A stretch of 64,000 nt of DNA from Atractiella rhizophila (Eukaryota), in assembly GCA_021432655.1 (NCBI GenBank), contig MU271388.1, positions 1 through 64,000 of the forward strand, written 5' to 3'. Made by a program: the position numbers and the translations under genes. This document shows, piece after piece, positions 47,566 through 60,548 of this stretch. The stretch's first letter is position 1. Every line of letters starts with the position of its first letter. Under the pieces are notes generated by a model. That model was not told the origin of the DNA. It saw only the letters and a program-made list of their open reading frames with translations, and ran no database searches.

Positions 47566-49740
47566 TCATTCATCGTCTCCCCAGTCCCCGTTTACAACAT
47601 TGACACACTTCCAGTCGCCGACATAAGTGGGTTTGAATATGCGAATGGCCCCATCCGCACACGAGCAAGAAAGGATTGTTCCGGTCGTATTCCACTCCAC
47701 CCTTGTTCCGTGTACTCCCTTCCCACCCATCTCTTCCCATCCAAACTCTCCGACAACTTCCGCGCTCCATTCCCCTTCCTCCCCTTCGCTCGATGGATGA
47801 AACAGTTTCCATATGCGCATAGAACCGTCACGATGACCAGTCGCGATAAGCTGGTACGACCGGCCACAGCTAGGAGACCATGATATTGACCCGATGGGGG
47901 AAACATTAGGTGCCGAAGGTTCGAGTTGAAGGAAAGGGAGAGGAGGCCGTGAAGGCGCTGATGGGAGGTATATTAGTCGGACGATGGATTCGCTCCCAAA
48001 GGAGACGGCGACCCGATCGCCCCACCAGCCATCTTTGATCCATGCAAGGGCCCATGCTCCGTTATTTTCAAAGGCGGACCCGTCTTTCGCTCGACGGCCA
48101 GGACCGTTAGATGTAAGAGTTGCGATAGATGCGGTCATGAAATCTGCTCCGTTGAGGCTAGGAGAAGGACTAGAGAACATGAGATTAAGATCGATGTCGA
48201 CGCTTAATGTCCAGTCTGTAAACGTTGCATCCAGCGAGATGTACATGCGAAAGTGAGAATCAGTCGATATCGACGCCTATGCTCAAGCGAGTCAGCGCTT
48301 ATACCTTTCATGGTGGATGTCTTACCACCCGCAGACCTTCGTTCTGACCCCAATATGGACCCCATTCGACTTCGCGAATCGGTGCGCGAGCCTCGTCAAG
48401 TGAACATTTTCTCGTCCATTTTCCATCTGCGTCTGTACACTTGCGTAACATCAGCTATCTATCTTAGCGCACAAGCTGAGTTGATTCTGCACGGCGACAA
48501 ATGACGGAGGTTCAAATTATCATCTCATACTTCGATTCCCCTAAAACATATGCGCACTCATAATCCCATGCTTCACAGGGAACTGACATATTCTTTTCGT
48601 GAACATGAAATGAACGTGTGATAAAGGTCTCCATGTCTCCTATTTCGGAAGTTCTGGCATGAATATGATCACAGCAAGCCTCTTGTTTGCGTTGAAGCAC
48701 CGTGCTGCACGCAACCTTTGTTTTAGATAGAACAAGATATTTATTTATGCCAATCGACTGCTAAGACCTAATACAAGCATGAGGCAACTCTCAGCCAAAG
48801 ATTGGCGAATGGTGTTTTTCGCACCCCTCCAAGACGACCACGGCCTTCACCTTTTGAAATGCAGAATGCAGGTTTCTCATTTCATTTTGATTCCATGAGC
48901 GACCGGACACTCCAATCAAAATAATGTTGGGCAGAGACGGATGAGTATAACCAGAAAGTCCAAGAGCAAATTTGCCAGAGAGGCATATGGCATTTTATGG
49001 AAACCATGTTCCTCTCCAATGTCTACTGCTTGGGTTCTAATTTGAGTTATTTTTCTTGAAAGAAAGAAGAATATCAATGTTGGTGCGTTCTTGTCAATCG
49101 ACGGGACACACAAACAATGGGGGATTGTAAAATTTGTAAATAGCATCCATCAGGGACACCACACCGATTATGGTAAGAGGTAGGACAGAATGGCGTGTAA
49201 CTACTCCATTCAAGCGGTCAGCAAAATGCGACAGGCAGACATATGCCTCAGCTCTTAGGACTAATCAACTACAATTCATTCTCTTACCAAGTAGGGAAGA
49301 GAATGAGTGTGACCATTCCATGAATGGTTCTCTCCTCTTTCTTCAGGAGATCCAGATCATCAGACACCGTCCCCCCACATTTGCGAGCGAGCAAAAAAGC
49401 GGAACGCACCTTCCTCCCAAACGTTCACACATCCATCTCCTCCTCCACTCAGGATCAAAACGCCCCAACAGGGATCCGCCCACTTTGCGCTCCAAACAGG
49501 TCCATCATGTGCAGTCCAACTCTGCACGTTCTTCCCACCACTCCCGCTGCCTCCCGCTCCTTCTTCAGCACTAGAATTGTCTACGAAGAGCGAATACGGC
49601 AAAACGTAGAGTTTATGATCCAAGGAAGAGGCCAGGACGCGTGCTGGGGCAGGAGACGAGGGAGAGAGGTGCAGAGAGCTGAGTGGGGCAGACGCAGGGA
49701 GGGAGGCGTGAGAGGTGATTTGGGGAATGATTTGGGACAT
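47566..49740 (-). CDS. SEH1: Seh1-like WD40 nucleoporin / SEA-GATOR2 subunit (3 exons, first intron ~977 nt)
   Basis: WTAHDGPVWSAKWADPCWG...DGCVNVWEE / KWTRKCSLDEARAPIREVEWGP / SISWSPSCGRSYQLIATGHRDG...VEWNTTGTILSCSCADGAIRIFK. Confidence 0.85.
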
Positions 49741-50035
49741 TTTCTGGTTCTCGTTCCGCTGTCGATTTTATGTCGATTTTAGATGGCGGTCGCGTCAAAA
49801 GGCACGTGCTATCGATAATTGCTTCTTTCGTCACGACTTTTCTGAAGACCATGTTGTTCAGAGTAATGTTACATTCTTTCCAGAAAGGTAATGGGTATAA
49901 TGAACATGTCCAATAACTCAATATTGCAATCCTGAATCGAGACAATAACGAAACGGAGAATACCTAACGAAACCATCTTCATCTCCAAGTAGATTGTGCA
50001 TCACCAAAAGGAGTGAATGGATATAACCGTATGTA

Positions 50036-52388
50036 TCAATCCTCAAACGGACTCTTGCCACTCTTTAAAATACCACCACCGGGCGGTATGACCTGTACCG
50101 CGTTGCTGCCTCCAACATATCCTTGATTCACTGTCCCTGTCCTGCTCCTGGAAGGAGGAGGAGGCGGCGGAGGCTTCTTCGTCCCTCCACCAGATTCGAT
50201 AGAAGATGAAGAACGATGCAGGCTCGGCTTGGGTGATGGGGAAAGAAAAGCTGATCTTGTTCCTGAGGACGAGGAGGGGCGGGAATTCGACGCTGATGGT
50301 CGTTTAGGGAGAGTGGGAGGGGGAGGTTCGTCATCGGAGGAAGAATCGTCGCTATCGAACACCTTCTTCTTTGCCAGGATATTCCTACTTTCCGTTTCGC
50401 TATCCTCTTCTGCGTCTCCAAAGGGATAGGACCACCCCGAGTCTTCAGTGCTCATCCTCTTATGTCTTCCCGCCCCTTCCGCTTCCTCCTCCTCCTCTTC
50501 CTCCGACATATCTTTACAATAAGCTGCGGGGAACATTCCCCTCTCCCCATTCCGCGTATTCATCCCAATCCACCATTCCGCATTCGCTTCCTTCTCTACC
50601 ACCACTTTATCACCCACATTTATCGAAAGTTCGTCTGGATGTTTCGCAACGTAGTTCCATTGGGCCTGTACAGTTTTAAGGAGGGTATCGCGCGTGAGAG
50701 AGGCTTGTGTGGACGTGGGAGGTGGGAGGGTAGGTATGTGAGAATTGAGGGATGCGGAGGGGATGGAGGAATAGTCCTTCGAGGAGGAGGAGGCAGAGGA
50801 GGTGTTGACTTGTAGAATATTCTTGAGAGAGTTGAGCCGAGAGCGCGAGAGCGAGCTCGAGCCATTCGTACCGTTTCCAGAGCCTGAGAACGAGGTCGAC
50901 TCTTCTTTCTCTTTCTTCACACTCTCTTCTTTCTCCTTTTTCTCCTCCTCTTTCTTTGTAAATCCAAATCCAGGAACGCTAAAGATCGAGCTGCTCCTTC
51001 TACTCCTCTTTTCGACTTCTTCCTTCCCATCTTTCGTCTCCTTCCCCTCTTTATCTTTATCTTTCTCTTTATCACCTGTACTAAGAGAGAAGATGGACAG
51101 AGACCTCGAACTCTTTTTCGCCTTCACTGTCTTGTCTTTATCTTTATCTTTATCTTTATCCTTTGCCTGCTCAGGCTCTTCTTCGTCAGTTCCTTTCGGT
51201 TCACTGAGAGTGGGGACTGGTCTGCGGGTGGAATTCGATCTCGATCGGGGAGCAGGGGATGGCGGCTCATCCGAATTGGCGTTGAAGGAGTGGAGCGCAA
51301 CCGGTTTGGCAGGAGTGCTCCGCGTGACGCTTGACCTATTTTCGAATCCTTTGAGTCGCAGTAAGAGGGAAGGGGATGAGGGAACCAACTCATCCAACCA
51401 CTTCGCTTTCACATCCTCCAATATCTCCTGGCATTTGCGCGCATATTCTATGAAATTTACATCAACCACAACAGCCAGAGGAAAGAATGGAAGTGAACAC
51501 GAACCCAATTCGTCCTCTAAGAAAGTCGCGAGATCCCTCAACTGCTGTATTTCCTCGTCCTGCAATCTCTCCGCGCACTTTTGCAAATCTTCTGCGGTAT
51601 CATCACTTCATATCCCATCACCCTCTCATTACACAGATCCAAGGACAAGCTCACTATTTGTCCTTCGCTTGCCCAAGCTCTACCTCCGCCTCTCTCTCCC
51701 CCTTCTTTCCTTTCTGTCCCGCCAACTTGGATCTCGCAGCATCAAGGGCCACTCTGCGTCCTTCCAACTTCTTCCTCAACCTATCAAACTCCTCATGTCC
51801 CTTCTGCCCTCTCTCCAATCCATCCAGAATACCCACCCCCATACGATCTACAAACGCCTCTGTTGCAAGAGCGATCTTCGCATGTCCATCACCTAAAAGG
51901 GAGAGACATTGTCCGTATGCTGACGAGGGCCCGAATTCAGCGCCGTGAGAAACAAAGAGGATCGACAACCGTTCGTGTGGCGTTCTTTCCCCATTGGCCG
52001 GGAGAGTAAAGGTGGCAGACTCTAGTGGGGGCAGAAGGTTGTCGCCGGAGGATTTGAGGAGCTTGCGCTTCGAGAGTTGCTTGGAGTAGTGTGTTAGACT
52101 GGAATGGAGACGATCGATGCCCTGTTTGTTGATCCAGCCATTCCGTTCAGCATATATGTACCGACAGAATGGAGGTAGGAACGCACTTGGCGACGGAGTG
52201 CCAGCTCTCCTTGCAACTCCACAAACTCATCCGAGGCAACGGTACCCGGTACGATCTTTGCCTTCTCTCCTACAAGCTATGTACACCACCCACCGAAGTC
52301 CCAATCAATATTCGGGTGGAATGGCTTACAAACAGAGGAAAGAGGGAGAATGCACCTGCTTAAACTTGGTGAACTTGAACGACGACAT
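50036..52388 (-). CDS. BAR-SH3 domain protein (endophilin-like)
   Basis: Helical BAR-like exons (RKKLEGRRVALDAARSKL; QQLRDLATFLEDEL) and SH3 VQAQWNYVAKHPDELSINVGDKV...EWWIG...RGMFPAAYC, followed by a Pro-rich tail. Confidence 0.85.
51136..51159. repeat. (TCTTTA)n coding microsatellite (DKDKDK)
   Basis: Directly visible; approximate bounds. Confidence 0.7.
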
Positions 52389-52675
52389 AATAATTGCCCA
52401 ATTCAACTAAGTACACCCCAGCAAGTTGCAAAATCGTGTTCCCAATTGATAGTAGTTCACTGTGAGACAGGGTATAGCGGAAGTGGAGGAGATGGTCGTT
52501 GTGATGTTGTTGCCGGGCTGAAGCTCCTGGCTGATCGAACTTTCGGCGATCGTGATCGTGATTCGCGACTCTATAGCATATCACTCTGCGTATTATCAGG
52601 ATGATATGAGCACTGAGTATTGAATATTGAGACGTGACTGTTACTAGACAAGCAAAGCTCAGAATTCTATAAATG

Positions 52676-55600
52676 TCAGCCCAAATCGTCCCCTATCTTT
52701 TATCCCAGAGCGCTCTGAAGTATCCATCTTTATTTTCTAACAGGTCGTCTGGCTTTCCAACTTCAACGACCTCTCCTCTATCCATCACCACTATCCTGTC
52801 ATAGTCTCTCACTGTATCCAGCTAAACAGTCCTCAGCATCGATGTATCCTTCCAAGCTGAAGGAACGTACCCTGTGAGCAACGGCAATGACGATGGAGTC
52901 AATAAACTCGGTTCGAATGGCATGTTGAATAGCTAAGTCGGTAGCATGGTCAACGTGCGCTGTTGCCTCATCAAGTATGCAAATTTTTGAGCGTCGTAAC
53001 ATCGCTCTATACGGGCACATTACCGATTAATAAGCCAAGAATGACGGGGTTGGAAGGAGAAGACGAACCGCGCGAGGGATAAAAGTTGTTTCTGACCCGC
53101 GCTCAAATTCGACCCTCCGGAAGCTACTGGATGTGACAAACTCGCGATCGATAGTCGTTTGCTTTCTTCTACAGGAGACGGTGACATAGAAGGCGTGGGT
53201 GACCCTGATGGAATTGAAGAAGTTACCAGGTGTACTCGCCGCAGGACGTCCCACAAGGCTTCGTCACTGTCCAACAACCTCACTGAGCTGTGTTACACCT
53301 AGATTACGAAATGTATCTTTACCTGTGCTCATCAAATGGGTCCAGATTGCTCCGTATCGTCCCACTGAACACCGCAGGATCTTGTGGTATCAGCGTAATG
53401 TTGGACCTTAAATCTCTCGTTCCAATAGTTGTAATGTCCATACCGTCGATTCTTTCCCCAGGTGTCAGTTTATCATCTTTGTCTGAGATAAAGGAGCGCA
53501 CAAGATCTTTCCCCCTGTAGGTTCCATGCTCCTCAACAGCACATACGCTAAGCTCGTCTTTCCCGCGCCGCTCCGTCCCACGATTCCAACCTTCTCTCCA
53601 GCCTTAATCTCAAGGTTCACGTTCTTCAGTGCTGGGGCAAGATCCGGAGAGTATGACAGGGACAGATTCTCAAATATAATACCTCCAGAAGAAGATGGCC
53701 AATAAGCTGGTGGTCTAATCCTTTCGATCGCAGGCGGCTCTTGAGGGATATCGATCAAACTAATCTTTGTCAGATAACGGCCCTTCCAAATTGAGCAACA
53801 AACTCTTCAATTCTTTCGACCGCTTCAGGGAAAGTTAGAATTTGCTGCTGGGAGGGAGGAGACTGACAGTTGAAGGCAATCTCGATCTCTCCAAACCCTC
53901 GCACTACCCAGTAACTCGCCTCCTGTAAGACAATCGAAGAACTTATCGCGAGGGCAGTCATCCCTGGCGATACACCTCCCATGATCGCTAGTGCTGCACT
54001 CCCAAAAATGCCGATCGCATTTGTTACATCGAATCTGACCATGAGCCACCTACAATCAAATACTTGAGCTTCCTTCTCAAGTCCAACGTCCCAATGGTTG
54101 GAATACATACCTATTCGATGCACGAAGGATAGAATGAGCTGCCAGATGCCGGTCCACGGTCTCAGAAAATAACGCTTTGAATCTTCCTTCCTGCCCATAT
54201 GCTCTAATAGTGGTCAGACCGTGAACGACCTCTCCAAAGAGAGAGAATATAGGGCTATTGTTCAGAGATTCGATACGACGGATATCGCGGGACAACGAAA
54301 GGTAAGCTTTCGAGAGGTAAATAAAGGAGATCGCGAGAAATCCCGTGACTACGAGGAAAGAAGGGACGGCATAGAGCACAACCAGCAGCTAAAAGGTGTT
54401 AGATCACAGTAAAAGAAGCGGGAAGCGAGACAGACTGAGCCAAAATATTCTACTGTGAACCACACCCAAAAATGAAGCCACGACGGGACCGTGTTGTCGA
54501 TGGTCCCAAAGTCGCTGCTGAAACGATTTAATATCCTTCCAGTTGGAGTTCTGATGTGCGTTTTAGCTCTTTCCCTTCTTCGATTCAGAAACAAACCTGT
54601 CAAAATAGCGGAATGTCGCTCTTGCCACTGAGGTGATGCATCGGCGGAACAACTGTTTGGAAGCCTTGATAGTTGCCAATTTGATGATCAATCGACTGAA
54701 TACTTTCAGACATAAAGTGAGCAGTTGTATGCCGAAGTAAATAAGCAAGTAGGGAGCGACGTTTTCTTCTGGAGGAGGAAGAGCCAGCCTTGCTTTATAT
54801 GATCCGAGAGCGGTGTCTTCGTAAGATTCTGCCCATATCTTTAAAAAGATACTTGACAGTACCGCTAGTTGTCATGAGCACATAGAAGAGACAAAAATGT
54901 AGGGAAGACATACTTGATCCACGATGTAAGCAGTAAAAGAAGATGGCAACTGTCCAACTCAACCACCCAGCCGCACAAAGATAAGTCGCATAAGTCCCTC
55001 GAGTCACCGCTCCCTCTCGCTTCGTTTCCTCTTCAATAACCTTTCCATTTTTCCTTTCACCTGTATGGTGATCATCAAAGTCACGTTCTTCCTTCACATC
55101 CACACTTTGTTCCGCCAATAGGGCCCCAGCAACTTCAGCGTCGACTTCGGACGTGGTAGATATCTGAGAAACGTCTTTTTGGAGAATAATGTGGCCTTCT
55201 GACATTCGAAGAAGTAAGGTAGCCTTGGGTAGCATTTGGTCAACCGCGTGCGTGACCAACACCTACGCTCTTGGGTGAAGAATTTCCTATGAACATGATA
55301 AGCAACATACTATGGACCTATTCTCAAAGAGTGCTGTGGAGAAGGAGTCCACAATTTGCGCGGCGATGTGAGTATCGACTGCACTTAGAATGTCGTCCAA
55401 CAAAAGAATACCAGCCTTCGAATAAACACTACGGGCAAATGCGACCTTCCTAATATTCAGCCATCCTAGGTACATATGTAAAAGTCACTCACCCTCGCTT
55501 TTTGACCACCGGAAAGAGATATTCCTCTCTCGCCGATTTCTATGTCGGTTTAGTACCACGACACGAGGTGAGATTTAATCTGCACCCACCAGTCATGTCC

Positions 55601-58290
55601 CCACCCTCCAACTCGTCCAGATCCTGCCTAAGCGAGCAAGCGTCAATGACCGCTTTGTACCTCTCCTCGAGGAACGGTTCGCCGAACAATATATTATCGC
55701 GAATCGTGGCATGCATCAAAAAAGGATCCTGGGAGGCGAAGGAAACCCCTTGACAACGAGGCAGGTGACGTTTACCATCAGTCAATTCCATCTCTGCCGT
55801 GTCACATCGTTGGCACAAAGCATTGATGAGAGCTAAGATCAAGAACACGAACCGCCTAGCAATGCTAACAACAAGCTCGTCTTCCCCGATCCGCTCACGC
55901 CAGTTACAAGTGTTATGCCATTGTCCGGAAACCTGACATCCAAATTCTTCAATGCAAAGGTCCGCTCTGCGGCTGAACTATCGTAGGAGAAAGAGGCACG
56001 GTGAAGCCTCATCGTCTCGCCGTCTGTGGTGACAATATCTGTCTCGATCTCATCTTCGTTAAGGAACTCTTCGACCCTTGTGACAGAGGCCCAAGCTGCG
56101 CATCCATTTTTCCTCAACAAGAATTGAGACGAACACGAAAAAGGGCTCACTACCGATCATGTCCATGACCCCTTGCGCGATATTAAAGAGCGGTCCATTG
56201 AGTGTTTGAAAGATCGAGAGTGCAGTAAACGCAATAGGGATTCTGGGATATTTCTCCTCAGATAACTGCTTTCATGAGATGGGAGAGAAGATGTCACGTC
56301 AAGTCTCTTTTTGCAAGCATCGTGAAAACCCAGAATCCGGTGACCGTCATGCCAGGAACTGTGAGATTCCTATTTGTCCGTCAGCAACGTCAAAAAGCCA
56401 CGACGTTAAGGTGTTCTAACGCACGAAGCAAACTCAAGCCCGACGTCCACTAGGGCTTTGAGAATCAAGACGTGCATCTCCTCGTTTCTTGCCTGCTCGG
56501 GCTAAGGGATAAGTTTCCGCTTTAGATAGACAGTTGAGGGAAGGGGCTGACAAACCGCTACCACTTTGCTCATAAATTCCGCTTCCCAAGAGAACCACTT
56601 CAAAGCCCTCACATTGCTGATCATCTCTTCAGTTCTCGACATCCTCAGATCCTTAATTTCATTCCCTTGTTTGACCAACTGTTCCATCCCATGCCTTCAG
56701 TATCAACAAGTAGCAAATCGAAGCAAAGCCACACCGATAGGTTAGGGAAAGTTACATACTTTGGAATAAAAGTGTGCAAGGACGCGGGTGAGGAGGAAGG
56801 AGATGGGGAGGAAGATCACCCCAACGAAACCGGACCATCCCATAAGTCTGCCCACCAGCTTCATATGAGCAAGTATCCTTCGACATCATCGCTTTGACTT
56901 ACTGATACAAAAAGACCACTCCTATACCAAGCTCTACCGGCGTCCCAGCCATCGCAACTAGGACATTGATCATTCCCACCACAGTCTATCCACGTCCAGC
57001 ACGGAACCACACGGCACATACTCAGCCTTATCCTTGTGAGTTCCACTAAGGAGCAAGGCGTACCTCTGTGTCTGATGACAAAATATTGATCGTCTTTCCC
57101 GCGTCCGCCCACTTCTTCTCCTTCACTTCCTCCTCTCCTCCTCGAACCGCGGGTCTTCTCAACGATTTTTCGAACACGTCTTTTGAGAGTGTTCTCTTAA
57201 TCCTTATGATGGTTGTCCTGGTCGAGAGAAGGCTATGGAAGTATGTCTGAGCTTTTAACAGGTTCAGGACGAGCATCCAGATCGCGTCCTGGAGGGCAAC
57301 GGAACGGGAACCGGTGGGAGATGTTAGTTGAAGGAGGATACGATTGAGGAAGAACGGTTGTGCATATCCTGTGCGTCCCAACACCCAACCATGAAGTTGC
57401 ATAACGTTCGTCAGTACCAAAAGAGGTAAGCGTTACATAAAGTTGGAACTGCAGAGAAGAGACTGGCGCACCAAGAACAGCGTGCGCGATCGCGACGAGC
57501 AGACAGATGACGAAGTCCTTCGTATTCGCCTCTGCAAGAATCTTCCACAACCTCAACCGTCCTCCCTTCCGTTCCTCCAACTTCCTTCGTTCCGCCAAAT
57601 CCTCCGTCGCATCCATCCGCCTCAGAGTTGCGGAAAGAGGATAGATATCCTCAACATCCAAACGTCCCTTTTTCTTTGCGAGAGTGAACAGAGGTGTCAT
57701 CCATCCCGATGTGCAGTATTCCCACACCGACGCGCCATCCTCCGGAGAGGAAGGCTCTGGGGAGATTGGACGAAGAGATGAAAGACAACCGAGTGAGAGA
57801 AGAGAGAATAGGATGGAGAGTCTGCTGACGGCAGGTGGGTAGAAATCGGTGAGGGCGAAGAAGGAAAGGGCGTTGACGAGGAGGGAAAAGATGATAGGGA
57901 AGGGAAGAGTCTGTGTTGAATGTTGAATAGTTAGGCAGACGAAAGTGAACAAGTAAAAGAGAGCATGAAGTAGCTCATCCAATGGGAAGTTGCTGAGTTC
58001 AACACCGTTTTGGCCAAAGGCATAGCACCAGTAGAAAGCAGGAAGGAGTAGCGAAAGATGCAGCAGGATCCTCGTCCATCGTGCGAGGACATAATGCGGG
58101 GAACTGGCTTTGTTGTAACGCAGGTCAAACGTCGTCGCGCGTAAGAAGAGATGGGATGCGAGTTGGATGAGGCTGAAAAGTAAGAAAACAAAGAGTGGAA
58201 GGCCAGCGATTGCGACCAAGAAATAAACGCCATCTTTACTTTGCTGGATCCGCGCCGCTGTCTTTTTGCAACAGCGGTTTGGTATGCATC
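52676..58290 (-). CDS. Full-length ABCC/MRP-type ABC transporter (many introns; start uncertain)
   Basis: NBD1 [30 protein letters not shown]2 [16 protein letters not shown]2 [32 protein letters not shown]. Last exon [16 protein letters not shown]...DDLG*. Confidence 0.93.
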
Positions 58291-60446
58291 CACTTCTTAT
58301 GTCTCAGTACTTCCGAGTTTAAACTCGAGTCAGCGCTCGCGTTCAGTAAAACGAACATGGAAAGGTAAACGATAAAATCTCCTTTCAAATTATGGCACAT
58401 TCAGGATATTACAATATCATGTGCGGATGCCTGAGTATGCGTCCATAGTACTGTAACTCTGTCAGTAGCTATTCGATCCAATATTTATTTTGCGGAGCCA
58501 TTTGAAATACGGGTTGGCGATGCCACTGGCCACAATTCGACCACTTCAAATATTTCGCAAGATGAAGTGGGGCTGTCTACCCTCTCTGTCTCACTTTGCT
58601 CTGCACCCTTTCAGTAGCCTGCGACGACTTCAGTGCTTTATTATGTACAGGGGACTTTGAACAGTTATTAGGCGAGGAAAGTGTCGAGGAACACATCTTG
58701 AAACTGACTTCTTTACTATGATATGTACGTTTCACATTATTTGATCATACCGGCTGGCCGTCAATTCAGGCTCCTGCTCCTCTCATGTGATCATCCCATT
58801 CCGTTCTGTCAAATACAATGATTGTGTGTCAGTGTGGACCAAAGGAAGGGAAGGGGTTGGCCGCTTGGTTATACTATTCTCGCACACCCTGAAGCTCTAT
58901 CCTTGATTGAAGACTGACCAAGGGCCGAGGGATTGACTGTCTTTTGTCGTAAGAAGCACAGATTAGTCAACTGATGATACAATGTGACTATTTTCCCAAA
59001 CTTCTGATATGCTGTTGGACCCTTTGCCTACTGCTCGAACTTATTCAAATCCGTCGCCATCAGCTCGCATAACGGCCTTTACAACAAGTTAAAGTGAGAA
59101 ATCCGCCTCCCTGTGAACATGGATCGATCATGTGTTTGAACGCCATTCCGATGATTTTCTCCGTCCTACAACTATTTGTAAAAAGGCGATTTAAGACTTT
59201 TATTTCTCTGAGCAGTCCTCTCTCGCATTAAACTTCAACTTCTCAATTAGCTGTTCTAATTCTCATCCTATATCGCTAACTTGCTCCTGATGATAACTCG
59301 ACGGAGAATCCGGATCGTGAACCTATTTATTTGCTACCAATTTCAAAAAGGTCTTGCTTGCTGCTGCAATCCAACCCAAGACGAGCTCGCACAGGATGAC
59401 GGTATTCGCGACCGCTCCACTGTCTTCCCCGCAACGATTAAGGGTGCTGGTAAAAAGCATGCCCAGATACCGTTGTCTGTGCGAATGAACGCACTGAAAT
59501 AGAATCAAAACTATTCGTTGCCAACTTGGAGAGCTACTAGACACAAGAAACCATGGAAATTGGATATATGTACCTCTTCACTTTACGTTCGAATCCCTTG
59601 TCCAGCTAGCACCTTTCGAGTATGTGATACCCGTGAGCTTCAGAGTATCTTGAAGAAACGCGAACACTGAGTCTTTTCGCTCGAAAGGACACCTAAACCA
59701 ACTCTTGATAACCCGCTTGCTCAATACGCGGGCCAAACCGTCCCTCACTTTTGCTGTCTGTCCGCAAATCAGAAGACACAGACACAAAGTGGGCAACATT
59801 TGGCAGCGTAAGTCGAACAAGAAAAGGAGGAAAGTAGACCACATGTGCAGCAAAGAAAGCTCAAAAAAATAATGAAGACCACGCCTATATATAAGAACCA
59901 AGTACTGCTTTGTGCTCGTAGATTGGGAACTATTGGACTGTGCGAGCCTTAAAAACATTGCATTGAAGAACCCTTTCAGGTAAGACTCCTGGTTCGATCC
60001 CAAATGGTGTAGAGTTACGCAATGATGTTTCGGTGGCTGTGGCGGCGACATGGATACGGATAACTAAGTGGGAAGGCTGGCTGCATAGTCGTTTAAAAAG
60101 GCAGTATCTTCAGCGCCATCTAAAGTCGACGTGTCGACCAGGTTTCCAGGACTGATGACCCAGCGGATCACGATGGTCACACAGGCAAACCGAAAACGTT
60201 GTGGAAGCTGGTGGAAGAGTTCCACAATATCTGGAATATCATGCCGCGTGCTTCTCCGGAGCTCTGGAAGGAGAAACAGATGCCCGACACCCATTTGGAG
60301 CTTGCTGTCACTCTTTGTGAAGGCGAAGAAGCTCGAGAGAAAGGGAAAGAACACTTCGTACCTCCGGACGACTCCTCCCTCGTTCCGAATCGTTTGTGGA
60401 ACACTATGGCGTGGCCGCTCCTTCCCAGTATAGCTGCCTTACGGCT

Positions 60447-60453
60447 ATAAAAG
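60447..60453 (+). promoter_or_regulatory. TATA box upstream of ATG 60549
   Basis: CTATAAAAGG about 100 nt upstream. Confidence 0.45.
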
Positions 60454-60548
60454 GGGAGGGTAAAAGCTTTCAAGTGCCACTTTTGTATTCATTGGCTCAT
60501 CGATTCTCAAGCTGACAGATACTACTTCTGCTCGCGTTGCTAGGCAGA

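Noticed and set aside
49340..49365. TGATCTGGAT in the SEH1 intron resembling a TPP riboswitch segment
   Set aside because: The following AATACCAGCG-type element and the upstream CTGAGA are absent, and the host gene is unrelated to thiamine.
50802..51896. 364-aa plus-strand ORF and similar long overlapping ORFs (e.g. 8915-9568, 24365-25084, 38649-39299)
   Set aside because: They are antisense shadows of real low-complexity coding regions.
60120..60450. Protein-like fragment LWKLVEEFHNIWNIMPR... upstream of the last gene
   Set aside because: There is no ATG or clear splice context and no recognisable family; it may be a gene relic.
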